Positions 27,368 to 37,266 of a DNA stretch of 64,000 bases are shown here, piece by piece. Source of the stretch: Mangrovibacterium sp. (GTDB lineage Bacteria > Bacteroidota > Bacteroidia > Bacteroidales > Prolixibacteraceae); assembly GCA_047975205.1 (NCBI GenBank), contig JBKEDC010000012.1, forward strand, positions 117,907 to 181,906, read 5' to 3'. How positions within the stretch are numbered: position 1 is the stretch's first letter; every line of letters starts with the position of its first letter. The position numbers were made by a program, and so were the translations under genes. The notes beneath the pieces were generated by a model. That model saw only the letters and a program-made list of their open reading frames with translations. It did not search any database and was not told the DNA's origin.

Positions 27368-28276
27368 TTAGAAATAGCCTTCACGCTTTTTCTGCTCCAT
27401 GCTTGCTTCTTGATCAAAATCAATAACGCGGGTAGTTCTCTCAGAAACGGTTACAGTCATCATTTCTTCAATAATTTCCTCAATAGTTGTTGCTGTAGAT
27501 TCTACAGCTCCGGTTAAGGGATAGCAACCAAGCGTTCTAAATCTAACCATTTTCATTTCTGCGGTATCTGCTAGTTCTTTAGGCATTCTATCGTCATCAA
27601 CCATGATTAAGTTACCGTCAACATTTACAACCGGTCGTTCTTTGGCATAGTAAAGAGGTACAATCGGAATATTTTCCAATCGAATATATTGCCATACATC
27701 TAGTTCTGTCCAATTTGAAATAGGGAATACTCGGATAGATTCTCCTTTATGTACTCGTGCATTAAAAATATCCCAAAGCTCAGGGCGTTGATTCTTAGGA
27801 TCCCATTGATGAAACTTATCTCGGAATGAGAAGATTCGTTCTTTTGCTCGTGACTTCTCCTCGTCACGGCGTGCTCCGCCAAAAGCAGCGTCAAAGCCAT
27901 ATTTACTAAGCCCTTCCAATAGTGCCTGAGTTTTCATGGTATCTGTATGCACTTTGCTACCGTGTGTATATGGCCCGATGCCGGACTCAAAGCCCTTTTT
28001 ATTGTAGTGGGTGATTAAGTCCCAACCTTTCTCTTTCGCATAATTATCACGAAACTCAATCATTTCTTTAAACTTCCATTTGGAATCGATATGCATAAGG
28101 GGGAAAGGTACTTTCCCCGGATAAAAAGCCTTTTCTGCAAGGCGTACCATCACTGCTGAATCTTTACCTATTGAGTACAACATGACAGGATTTTCAAATT
28201 CTGCTGCTACTTCGCGGATAATCTGTATAGCTTCGGCTTCCAATTCGCGTAAATGTGTAAGATTATAATTTTTCAT
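27368..28276 (-). CDS. cysD: Sulfate adenylyltransferase subunit 2
   Basis: The PP-loop [10 protein letters not shown] is present. It is 302 aa and lies immediately upstream of cysN. Confidence 0.93.
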   Translation of the reverse strand: MKNYNLTHLRELEAEAIQIIREVAAEFENPVMLYSIGKDSAVMVRLAEKAFYPGKVPFPLMHIDSKWKFKEMIEFRDNYAKEKGWDLITHYNKKGFESGIGPYTHGSKVHTDTMKTQALLEGLSKYGFDAAFGGARRDEEKSRAKERIFSFRDKFHQWDPKNQRPELWDIFNARVHKGESIRVFPISNWTELDVWQYIRLENIPIVPLYYAKERPVVNVDGNLIMVDDDRMPKELADTAEMKMVRFRTLGCYPLTGAVESTATTIEEIIEEMMTVTVSERTTRVIDFDQEASMEQKKREGYF

Positions 28277-28389
28277 GGTATGTAATTTCTTATTCGATAG
28301 GAAATCTTTTTATCGCAATTCTTAGTATAGTTAATACCGAACAGCTCTAAAATAGATGTATATTTATATTATTCATGATTCAATTTAGA

Positions 28390-30195
28390 CTAAAATGGCC
28401 AAAATATGGGAATAAAGATTATAGATATAATGAAAGCAATAAGGTTTAACGGTAAACCGACTTTTATGTAATCTATAAATTTGTAATTTCCAAGTCCTTG
28501 CACAAGTAGGTTTGTTTGATATCCGATTGGTGTTGAAAAGCTCGCTGACGCTGCAATACAAATAGCTATTAAAAAAGGCGTTGAACTGACATGCAACTGC
28601 TCTGCTGCTGCTAAAGCAATAGGAAAAACTAAAGCTGCTGCCGCATTGTTGGTAATAAATTCAGTAAAAATATTTGTGATAAGATATAAAGTAATCAATA
28701 CCCCGATAGGTCCCCATGATTTGGAAAAGTTAATAGCTGCATTTGCAATGGCTGCAGCGGCACCCGATTCGTGCAGAGCTTTACTTATACCAAAAGCACA
28801 AGCAATAGTAATGAGCACATCCCACGTGATAAACTTGGTGTATTTTCTGTTGGGCACAATATTTATCCAAGCCATAATAACTGCTGTAAAAGCAGCAAAA
28901 TAAAACATATCGGGGCGATTTCCATTTAGGCTGGGAAGTTTTTGGCTAACAGTTGCCCCGATTATCATAAGTAAAACCAAAATCAAGGCAATTGCACGCT
29001 GTCCTTTGTATCTTGGAGGAGGAAGTTCTCCGATACTAGATGTCAAATAAAAGATTTGAGAGTCGCCCCAGTTTTTGATAAAGCTTTTGCTGGCAAGCAT
29101 CACTAAACTATCACCTTTTTTCATTTTAAATGAACCTACATTGGTGGAAATAGTCTCCCCATTTCGATATACAGCAATAACTTCGGTCTGATAATGGCTG
29201 ATAAAATCAAATTCTTCGATGGTTTGATTTATGCCCGGGAATCGAGGTGATATCACAACCTCAATTTGCTCCATACCTGTGGATTTAATAGCCTCTTTGA
29301 AACGAAGTGCAGCCTCTAACTCAATGTGTTTATTATCTAGTAAAGTAAGAAGTTGGTCAGATTTAACTCGAATAACCAATTTATCATCTTGCTCTAAAAT
29401 ATGCTTTTCACTTGAAGTGTCTAACTCTTCTCCGTTGCGTACAATAGTTTGTATTCTGATATGGCGCATAATGGGGCTTCTGCCATTTACAACTTCACTA
29501 CCAATTAAAGCACTTTGTTTGGTTAAGTTAGCATCTAAAAAATATCTTTTGTAATCGGTAGAACTTCTGCGAACACTATCTTTTTTACCGGGGAGAAGTC
29601 TATTCCCTATTGTAATTAAATATATGAACCCAACGATGGCAATAATTATACCCACTTTGCCGGTCTCAAACATACCCAAACCCGACATGCCATTTTCCTG
29701 CATTAAGCCATGCACGACCAAGTTGGTTGAAGTGCCAATAAGTGTACACATACCTCCGAAGATAGTGACATATGACAGTGGAATCAGAAATTTTTGGGGC
29801 GATAAATTCATTTTTTCAGCCCAATTTTTAATGATAGGTGCAAATATAATTACAACAGGTGTATTATTAAGGAATGCGGAGATAGAAGCTACCGGAAGAA
29901 GTATTTTGGTTAGCGTAATAGAGTACTTTCCTCTGCGTTTTGGTAAAAAATTTCGAGCAATCAAATTAAGAGCTCCGGAATAGCGAACGCCTGCACTAAC
30001 TAGGAAAAGGACGGCAATAGTCAGCATTCCTTTATTAGAGAATCCAGATAAAGCTTGTTCTGAATCAATGACTCCTGATATCATTAATACTATTAACGCA
30101 GAAAAAAACACCATACCCGGACGCATAAGGTCGTAGATAAGTGCTACAATAGCGAGTACGATAATAATAATAACGAAATAGGCTTCGATTGTCAT
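28390..30195 (-). CDS. SLC13/DASS-family permease with central TrkA-C domains (probable sulfate/anion transporter)
   Basis: 601 aa. Polytopic N- and C-terminal halves flank a soluble insert of about 200 aa. It leads the cysD-cysN unit. Confidence 0.75.
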   Translation of the reverse strand: MTIEAYFVIIIIVLAIVALIYDLMRPGMVFFSALIVLMISGVIDSEQALSGFSNKGMLTIAVLFLVSAGVRYSGALNLIARNFLPKRRGKYSITLTKILLPVASISAFLNNTPVVIIFAPIIKNWAEKMNLSPQKFLIPLSYVTIFGGMCTLIGTSTNLVVHGLMQENGMSGLGMFETGKVGIIIAIVGFIYLITIGNRLLPGKKDSVRRSSTDYKRYFLDANLTKQSALIGSEVVNGRSPIMRHIRIQTIVRNGEELDTSSEKHILEQDDKLVIRVKSDQLLTLLDNKHIELEAALRFKEAIKSTGMEQIEVVISPRFPGINQTIEEFDFISHYQTEVIAVYRNGETISTNVGSFKMKKGDSLVMLASKSFIKNWGDSQIFYLTSSIGELPPPRYKGQRAIALILVLLMIIGATVSQKLPSLNGNRPDMFYFAAFTAVIMAWINIVPNRKYTKFITWDVLITIACAFGISKALHESGAAAAIANAAINFSKSWGPIGVLITLYLITNIFTEFITNNAAAALVFPIALAAAEQLHVSSTPFLIAICIAASASFSTPIGYQTNLLVQGLGNYKFIDYIKVGLPLNLIAFIISIIFIPIFWPF

Positions 30196-30214
30196 TTCTT
30201 TTTTTTAATAGTCG

Positions 30215-30222
30215 CAAAGGTA
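30215..30222 (-). promoter_or_regulatory. Bacteroidota-type -7 element for the SLC13-cysDN unit
   Basis: The minus strand reads TACCTTTG. There are 19 nt between the box and the ATG at 30195. Confidence 0.35.
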
Positions 30223-30416
30223 ATAGTAACTTTTGTAGTTATCATGGATATAAATGCGTAGTTTTCGACCAAAATAACGGTTAGTTAATAAGTAATTTCA
30301 TCGCAAGAACTGTAAATCATAAAGCTTTAATTCACTGTGCTATTTTATATTGGTAAATTTAGTCTACTAAAAACAGGATAAACCAAAGCTTTAAATAAGA
30401 ACAGATGTTATAATTA

Positions 30417-30866
30417 TTAAAAAGGGTATGTACTTAATAAACAACAAATATCCTCAAGAAATTTCTTATCCTTTTCGCTAAATGGAGCAGGAGAGTGGCT
30501 GTCGATATCCAGTTCAGCGACAAAGTGACCGTCTTTTAAAATTGGGACCACAATTTCAGACTGTACATCAAGCCCACAAGAAATGTAATTTTCAATTTGG
30601 CTGACATCTTGCACTATCATGCTTGTTTTGCAAGCAGCAACTTGTCCACAAACACCTTTACCGATAGCAATATTAGTATGTTGTGTCGGTTTCCCGACAA
30701 AATCGCCGAGCACTAATTCTTCGTTTCGTAGAATATAGAAACCAACCCAATCATAATGATATATCTTTTCTTTAAGGAATACACAAATATTAAACAGTAG
30801 ATTTGGTTTGCTTTCGGCTATCATTTGCCTAATAAAAACAAGGTGTTCTTCGAAAGAGGTGTTCAT
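30417..30866 (-). CDS. GAF-domain protein (free methionine-(R)-sulfoxide reductase-like)
   Basis: 149 aa with WVGFY, GKGVCG and ELDIDS motifs, typical of the YebR/fRMsr family. Confidence 0.7.
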   Translation of the reverse strand: MNTSFEEHLVFIRQMIAESKPNLLFNICVFLKEKIYHYDWVGFYILRNEELVLGDFVGKPTQHTNIAIGKGVCGQVAACKTSMIVQDVSQIENYISCGLDVQSEIVVPILKDGHFVAELDIDSHSPAPFSEKDKKFLEDICCLLSTYPF

Positions 30867-30867
30867 A

Positions 30868-31344
30868 TTATTTAATTACAATTTGATTCTCATAAGTAAT
30901 CTTCTCGCAATATTTACACTTAAGGTGAGTTGGTGTCTTGCTTGTTACTTCAAATGATGTTTGAATCGGTTCATTATTAGTAATACATTTAGGATTAAAA
31001 CATTTCACAATTCCGGATATAGAATCAGGTATTTCTACAACCTTCTTTTCCACTACTTCATAGTCTTTAATTACATTAATTTTAGCATTCCTAGCTATTA
31101 ATGCAATTTTATCTATTTCATTGGATTCAAAATATTGATTGGCAACTTTAATGATAGCTTTATTGCCTTGCGTATTACTATCTAAATTTGCCCCGAAAGT
31201 AATCATGTTACTTGTCTTGTTAAGGCCTAGAATCGATATAACCTTAAACAGGCTTTCCGATGGGATATGATCGATTACAGTTCCGTTCTCAAGTGCACTT
31301 ACTTTAAGTTTTAATCTTTTAGTTCTTTTGTCTGTTGAAAGCAT
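30868..31344 (-). CDS. pyrI: Aspartate carbamoyltransferase regulatory subunit
   Basis: 158 aa with a C-terminal four-Cys zinc domain (CFNPKC...CKYC). It lies directly downstream of pyrB. Confidence 0.9.
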   Translation of the reverse strand: MLSTDKRTKRLKLKVSALENGTVIDHIPSESLFKVISILGLNKTSNMITFGANLDSNTQGNKAIIKVANQYFESNEIDKIALIARNAKINVIKDYEVVEKKVVEIPDSISGIVKCFNPKCITNNEPIQTSFEVTSKTPTHLKCKYCEKITYENQIVIK

Positions 31345-31345
31345 G

Positions 31346-32254
31346 CTATTTAAGATTTAAGGCGTATGAAATGATGGCTTCTCGCGTATACAAACCGTTT
31401 AATGCTTGTTCGAAATAGTAAGCCTTAGGATTTGAATCTACATCAGTATCTATCTCGTTAACACGAGGAAGTGGATGTAGAATCCGCAAGTTGTCTTTTG
31501 TATTATGTAGCATCTCATTTTTTAAGATATATACATTCTTTACTTTTTCGTATTCAATCGGGTCTGAAAAACGTTCTTTTTGCACTCTGGTCATATACAT
31601 AATATCGGCTTCTGAAATAATGTCATTAAACTCTTGGTGTTCATAGTACTTAATATTTCTATCGAAAAGGTAACTTTTGTATTCATTGGGCATAGCTAAT
31701 TCTTCGGGAGCTATAAAGTTGAAAATTGGATTGCTAAATTCAGACATTGCCATTATAAGCGAGTGTACTGTTCTTCCATATTTAAGATCGCCCACCATAA
31801 ATAAATTAATATCATCTAAACGCCCTTGGGTTTTAAGAATAGAATACATATCAAGCAGTGTTTGAGTAGGGTGTTGGTTGGCTCCGTCCCCGGCATTGAT
31901 AATGGGAATCGGAGATATTTCGGCAGCATATCTTGCAGCTCCTTCTAAAGGATGTCGCATAACGATTAAATCAGCATAATTTGAAACCATTTTTATGGTA
32001 TCATGTAACGTTTCTCCTTTAGTAACGCTTGATGAATTAGAATCACTAAACCCTATGATTCTTCCACCTAATCTGTTAATTGCCGTTTCGAAACTCAATC
32101 GAGTTCGAGTAGATGGTTCAAAAAATAGCGATGCTACTACTTTGCCTTCTAATAAACGTTGGTTTGGATTTTGTTCAAAATCAGATGCTAACTCCATAAT
32201 ACGGAGGTACTCATCTTTGCTAAAATCAGTAATAGAAATTAAATCCTTTTTCAT
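31346..32254 (-). CDS. pyrB: Aspartate carbamoyltransferase catalytic subunit
   Basis: [13 protein letters not shown] and HPLPRV motifs are present. It is 302 aa. Confidence 0.95.
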   Translation of the reverse strand: MKKDLISITDFSKDEYLRIMELASDFEQNPNQRLLEGKVVASLFFEPSTRTRLSFETAINRLGGRIIGFSDSNSSSVTKGETLHDTIKMVSNYADLIVMRHPLEGAARYAAEISPIPIINAGDGANQHPTQTLLDMYSILKTQGRLDDINLFMVGDLKYGRTVHSLIMAMSEFSNPIFNFIAPEELAMPNEYKSYLFDRNIKYYEHQEFNDIISEADIMYMTRVQKERFSDPIEYEKVKNVYILKNEMLHNTKDNLRILHPLPRVNEIDTDVDSNPKAYYFEQALNGLYTREAIISYALNLK

Positions 32255-32258
32255 GTTT

Positions 32259-32867
32259 CTAAAGTATGTTTATCCTTACTCCACTAATATCCTTAAATTG
32301 ATTTATGATGCGTGTGCTATCACTTTCCCTCACACCGGTGAGAATTTTACACTGCAAGTCAAAGTTATTTTTTTTCTGTTCTATCTTTTCATTTTTGAAT
32401 ACTTTCATTACATCATTCATGGATAAGTATTCAAATTCTACCCAAAAGTTAACAAACACGAGTTGTTCTTCAATTTTAGCGTTGTCAATAGCTAAAGCTG
32501 CGGCATTTCGATAAGCATTAATCAGACCGCCCGTTCCAAGTAGAACACCTCCGAAATATCTGACTACAACGATAAGTATGTTCGTTAATTCTGCTTTTTG
32601 AATCTGACCTAATATTGGTTTTCCTGCCGTTGAAGATGGTTCTCCGTCATCATTTGCACGGAAATTTTTTAAATCAGCTCCCAATCGCCAAGCATAGCAA
32701 TGATGCCGAGCGGCATAATGCTCTTTTTTTAATGCTTGAATATATTCTTTTATTTCTTCTTCTGTTTCAACAGGGTAGGCATAAGCTATAAACTTACTCC
32801 CTTTGTCTTTGAACAGAGCTTCTGACGGTGATGATATGGTTAAAAAAGAATCATTCATATTATTCAA
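32259..32867 (-). CDS. YigZ/IMPACT family protein
   Basis: [12 protein letters not shown]...[11 protein letters not shown] is typical of UPF0029/IMPACT N-terminal domains. It is 202 aa. Confidence 0.8.
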   Translation of the reverse strand: MNNMNDSFLTISSPSEALFKDKGSKFIAYAYPVETEEEIKEYIQALKKEHYAARHHCYAWRLGADLKNFRANDDGEPSSTAGKPILGQIQKAELTNILIVVVRYFGGVLLGTGGLINAYRNAAALAIDNAKIEEQLVFVNFWVEFEYLSMNDVMKVFKNEKIEQKKNNFDLQCKILTGVRESDSTRIINQFKDISGVRINIL

Positions 32868-32902
32868 AAATAGGCAATCTGTGAAGATTGCCTATGGTAT
32901 AA

Positions 32903-34327
32903 TTAAAGCTTTAACTTTTGTTCTATTTTCTGGAATGTCGTTCTAAAACTTTTATCTGTTTCAATTAAGTTTTTCACAGTCTTACAAGCATGCAGTACCG
33001 TGGCATGATCTTTTTTGCCTATTTGGGCTCCGATTGCCGAAAGTGATTGTTTCGTCATTTCTTTAGAAAAGTACATGGCTAATTGTCGGGCTTGAACAAT
33101 CTCTCGTTTACGTGTTTTCGATTGAATATCTTCAATTTCTAAATTTAAGTTATCGCAGACTACTTTAGATATGTAGTTAACCGATAATTCCACCTTAGTA
33201 CTTTTTACCAACTTATTGATGAGATCACTTGCCAAATCAAGCGTAATATCTTTTTTATTAAGGGTTGCTTGTGCTAGCAAAGAAACAAGAGCTCCTTCAA
33301 GTTCTCTAACATTATTGGTAATATGAGAAGCAACGTATTCCAATACCTCATCAGAAATGTCCATACCGTCTTTATAGGCTTTTTGCTTTAATATGCTCAT
33401 TCGAGTATTAAAGTCAGGCATTTCAATCTCGGCCGACAAACCCCATTTGAAGCGAGAAAGTAATCGTTCTTCCATTCCGCCAAGATCAATAGGAGCTTTA
33501 TCGGAAGTAAGAATTAATTGTTTTCCGCTCTGATGAAGATGATTAAATATATGGAAGAAGGTTAATTGCGTTTTTGTTTTCCCTGCTAATTCCTGCACAT
33601 CATCAAGTATGAGAACATCAATCATCTGATAGAAATACATAAAGTCATTGATATTTCCATTTTTCGATGCTTCTGTGAATTGATTCATGAAGCGGTTGGC
33701 GGTGACATATAATACCGTTTTTTCAGGCGAATTTTGCTTAGCTTCAATACCGATAGCATGAGCTAAATGTGTTTTTCCCAAACCCGATTTGCCGAATATC
33801 ATTAATGGATTGAACGCTGTTCCTCCGGGATTTTGGGCAACTGCAAAACCGGCAGCGCGGGCCAAACTGTTACATTCACCTTCTACATAACTCTCAAAGC
33901 TGTTATCAGCTTTAAGTTGTGGATCCACACGTAATTTTTGTATTCCCGGAATTACGAAAGGGTTTTTAATAGTTTTCTCGGGAGATGTGGTTACAGGCAC
34001 ACTCATCGGTTTATTGTGAAGCTGATTGGTGTTGCTCGTAGGGTAGTTAATAGTGTAAGGTTCGTTAGATTGCTTACTCATTACAATAGAGTATTCTAAC
34101 TTAGCTTGTTCTCCAATTATTTTGTATAAAGTTTTTCGCAATAAATCGATATACTGTTCCTCTAAATACTCATAAAAGAATGGACTTGGAACCTGAATAG
34201 TCAAGGTTTGTTCTTCAAATTTTATAGGAAGAATTGGTTCAAACCAAGTTTTATAACTTACAGGAGGTATAATGTCACGAATTATTCCAAGGCAATTATT
34301 CCATATTTCTTGATGAGTACTTGTCAT
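32903..34327 (-). CDS. dnaA: Chromosomal replication initiator protein DnaA
   Basis: Walker A is GKSGLGKTHL, Walker B is LILDDVQ, and sensor/box VII is LILTSDKAP. The C-terminal DNA-binding domain is present (SAIGAQIGKKDHATVLHACK). Confidence 0.97.
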   Translation of the reverse strand: MTSTHQEIWNNCLGIIRDIIPPVSYKTWFEPILPIKFEEQTLTIQVPSPFFYEYLEEQYIDLLRKTLYKIIGEQAKLEYSIVMSKQSNEPYTINYPTSNTNQLHNKPMSVPVTTSPEKTIKNPFVIPGIQKLRVDPQLKADNSFESYVEGECNSLARAAGFAVAQNPGGTAFNPLMIFGKSGLGKTHLAHAIGIEAKQNSPEKTVLYVTANRFMNQFTEASKNGNINDFMYFYQMIDVLILDDVQELAGKTKTQLTFFHIFNHLHQSGKQLILTSDKAPIDLGGMEERLLSRFKWGLSAEIEMPDFNTRMSILKQKAYKDGMDISDEVLEYVASHITNNVRELEGALVSLLAQATLNKKDITLDLASDLINKLVKSTKVELSVNYISKVVCDNLNLEIEDIQSKTRKREIVQARQLAMYFSKEMTKQSLSAIGAQIGKKDHATVLHACKTVKNLIETDKSFRTTFQKIEQKLKL

Positions 34328-34595
34328 GATTTAGCGATATCTCGATTAAACTATATGCGGTAAAATTAAATGGATGTTTCTCTATTCCGGTGACAAATCT
34401 CATGAAAAAAAACTTGAAAAAAAAATGACTTTACCCTTGATTTTTCAATATTAACACTAACCTGTTTATAACTCAACAACTTATAGAATGAGAAAATATT
34501 TATTTTTATATAAGAGATTGATTTATAGTGATATAGATTATTGTTTTTATTTAAGTTGTTTATATGATGTAAGTTATAAAATAGGTAGATTTTAT

Positions 34596-35825
34596 CTACT
34601 TAGAGAGCTCTTTAATAGCTTTATTTAGTTTGATAAACTTTCCATTCTTATAAGCAACTATTTCCGCATTCGGGAAGCTTCTCTTAGTATATGTAAATTG
34701 TCTTTCCAAATTGGGAAAGTCTCCTTGTTCTTTGGTAAAATAGCTGTAAATTCTTTCATGAATCAGTTCTTCAACCTCTAAATTATTAAACCTGGAATCA
34801 TCAAGGCTAATTGGTTTGTTGGAATCGATCAAATGTATTCGGAAAGAATATTTGCCGTCGTTATTTTTTAAATCATTAGAGGAAATATAAATATCCTTCC
34901 CGAAATCTACACCGGTGAATTTTAAATATTTTGAAGGATTATTCCGGAAATCAATAAGTGTCTGATTTAATGAGGTTGTCAGTTCATCAAGATTGTTGTA
35001 TAGATCCTTATTGTTAACCAAAGAACCTAAGGAACCGTCTCCATTTTCAATCTTAGATAAAATGGAGGTCAGCTTATCAGCCGTAGTTTTTAAACTGCTT
35101 GCAGCCAGACTATCTGATATTGATGATAAATTTGATGAGATTTTATTAAAATCACTAGAACTAGATGCTAAGGCATTAGTAATCGTATCGACATTGTTTA
35201 TGATATTGTTTATGTTTCGAGATTTAAGAATGTGGTTGAACTGATATGACACTTCTTCCATATTTCGCATAGTTGTATTGAAATGGGAAACACTTTGTTT
35301 TAAATTTTCTTGAGTCTTTGCATCTAATATGGTATTTAAAGTAGAAGTTGTTGAATCGAGAGACATGATAAGTCGCTCTGCTTTCTCCTTTAAAGGCATA
35401 ACTTCATTACCTAATAATTCTAACATATCATCGTCAATGGAGGATGATAGTGTGTCGCCCTCTGCATAATATTCTTTATTGGGATTAATAATTAGTTTAA
35501 CCGATTTGGTTCCAAGTAAATCACTAGAGGTTAATACGGCACTCGACCCCTTGGGAATCTTAAAATCACCCTCAATAGATAACTCGACCAAAAAACTACC
35601 ATCGTTTGCATCAGAAAAACTAACATCTTGCACCAGTCCCACCTGAAATCCGTTAATAAATATAGAACTTGATTTTACAAGTCCATCTACTCGATTGTAT
35701 TTAACGTAGTAAGTTGTGCTTGATTTGAAAATATCAATACCCTTCAGATAATTAATCCCCCAAACCAGAATCGTTATGCAGCAGACAATAAGAGCTCCGA
35801 GTTTAATATATTTACTATTCTTCAT
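34596..35825 (-). CDS. MlaD/MCE-family protein
   Basis: An N-terminal TM anchor is followed by an MCE-like domain (VKYNRVDGLVKSSSIFINGFQVG) and a long helical, Ser/Asn-rich C-terminal region. Confidence 0.7.
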   Translation of the reverse strand: MKNSKYIKLGALIVCCITILVWGINYLKGIDIFKSSTTYYVKYNRVDGLVKSSSIFINGFQVGLVQDVSFSDANDGSFLVELSIEGDFKIPKGSSAVLTSSDLLGTKSVKLIINPNKEYYAEGDTLSSSIDDDMLELLGNEVMPLKEKAERLIMSLDSTTSTLNTILDAKTQENLKQSVSHFNTTMRNMEEVSYQFNHILKSRNINNIINNVDTITNALASSSSDFNKISSNLSSISDSLAASSLKTTADKLTSILSKIENGDGSLGSLVNNKDLYNNLDELTTSLNQTLIDFRNNPSKYLKFTGVDFGKDIYISSNDLKNNDGKYSFRIHLIDSNKPISLDDSRFNNLEVEELIHERIYSYFTKEQGDFPNLERQFTYTKRSFPNAEIVAYKNGKFIKLNKAIKELSK

Positions 35826-35909
35826 AATTCATTTTTTAATCGCCGTACAACAAAAAGTAAGATCTGATAGACCTGAGCATCATTATCTTGTGTTCATCTA
35901 TTGGTGGCG

Positions 35910-36668
35910 TTACTTTGTATATTTATTTTTGTATTCTATGATAGCTTGAGCGATGGCTTGGGCTATATTTTCTTTCCCTTTGTTAGACAAAAGGTAATTC
36001 AATTCTTCGATGTTTGTTAAATACCCCAATTCTATTAATACACCGGGCATATTTACCTCTTTTAAAACAAGAAAACCGGCTTGTTTAATGCCTCGGTTCT
36101 TTCTTGATGTATATTTAGTGATGTTATTTTGAACTAAAATAGAAAAATCGGCACTTTCCATTAAATGTTCTTCTTGAACCATATCGAATATGATGTATGA
36201 TTCTGAAGAATTAGGATCGAAGTCCTCATAATACGCTTTATAATTGTCCTCATTCAAAATGACCGCATTTTCTTTCTTTGCAATATTAAAATTATCGTCA
36301 GAATCATGCATACCTACGATGAAAGTTTCTAAGCCCCTAACATAAGCTTTAGGGTAGGAGTTTGCGTGGATTGACACAAATAACCGAGCATGATTTTTAT
36401 TAGCAATAGCAGCTCGTTCATGTAATGGAATGAAATTATCTTTTGTACGCGTATAGATCACTTGTATAGATGGATCAGATTGATTGATTATCTTTCCAAT
36501 CTCGAAGACATAGTTTAAAACTAGGTCTTTCTCTTCAATGTTTTTGTTTGAAGTGCCCGGGTCGAAACCGCCATGTCCGGGATCAATAACTACCGTAAAC
36601 CGTTCTTGTGCCTCGCTTGAAGCAAAGAAATTAATGAAAAGAAGTAATATGAATAATCGTTTTTCCAT
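35910..36668 (-). CDS. N-acetylmuramoyl-L-alanine amidase (Amidase_3)
   Basis: A signal peptide is present, along with IDPGHGGFDPG, SIHANS and ELGYLTN zinc-amidase motifs. Confidence 0.88.
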   Translation of the reverse strand: MEKRLFILLLFINFFASSEAQERFTVVIDPGHGGFDPGTSNKNIEEKDLVLNYVFEIGKIINQSDPSIQVIYTRTKDNFIPLHERAAIANKNHARLFVSIHANSYPKAYVRGLETFIVGMHDSDDNFNIAKKENAVILNEDNYKAYYEDFDPNSSESYIIFDMVQEEHLMESADFSILVQNNITKYTSRKNRGIKQAGFLVLKEVNMPGVLIELGYLTNIEELNYLLSNKGKENIAQAIAQAIIEYKNKYTK

Positions 36669-36879
36669 CTTAAACAGTCCTTTGGGTGCTATATATTAAG
36701 TGCTTAACGTTATATTATAGCAGATTTCTCGCAGAAACCAAGTATGCAAAGTAAACAGTTTTTTTTAAGCTGTCGGTTTGAATAAATGCTTTATTTTCCA
36801 ATTGTAATTACAATAAACATCTTGCATCTATTATGGTGGAATAGTATTTAGAAATTGAAAACTAGACTGTTGAGTATTT

Positions 36880-36916
36880 TTTTTGCTTCATTTCTCAGTA
36901 AGAAATGAAGCAAAAA
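36880..36916 (+). terminator. Orphan terminator-like hairpin in a divergent intergenic region
   Basis: tttttgcttcatttct (36880-36895) is the exact complement of agaaatgaagcaaaaa (36901-36916), with a 5-nt loop. GTATTTTATCTT follows on the plus strand. No upstream plus-strand CDS is present. Confidence 0.35.
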
Positions 36917-37266
36917 GTATTTTATCTTACCGTCATGAATTACAGATGGCCTAAATTTTAACTTTTGCAATCAATTCTCACTTTAGAATTAAAGTGATGT
37001 CGTATTCTACTAGTGATAACTCACTCATTATTGAATAAATTATAGGTTTTTCAAGCTTTTCTCATTACATAAATGAATAAAGACTTGCTGAAAGTGCTTA
37101 TTTTATGAAAGTCGTTTTCCCCGGAAAATACTTTTGAGATTAATTTATAGGCAACGAAAAAATATTCCCGGTTACTTTTGTGAAAATGTAATGCTGAATA
37201 ACTACCTTTGTGCTTTTAAAACTAATGAGCTATACGTTTATAGCCTAAAATAATAATTAAAGTAGT

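Noticed and set aside
34328-34595. Calling this spacer oriC as a feature
   Set aside because: I found no 9-mer with 8 of 9 or better matches to the DnaA box TTATCCACA by eye, only A-tracts and weak 7 of 9 matches. It is kept as a question in the findings, not as a feature.
36801-36814. Perfect 14-bp palindrome ATTGTAATTACAAT in the amidase-thrS intergenic region
   Set aside because: In 64 kb of A/T-rich DNA, several 14-bp perfect palindromes are expected by chance (my rough estimate is of order ten). I saw no second copy or match to a known operator.
36833-36844. 12-mer ATGGTGGAATAG, repeated at 40054-40065
   Set aside because: Many identical 12-mer pairs are expected by chance in a 64-kb window (my rough estimate is of order 100), and the flanks do not extend the match.
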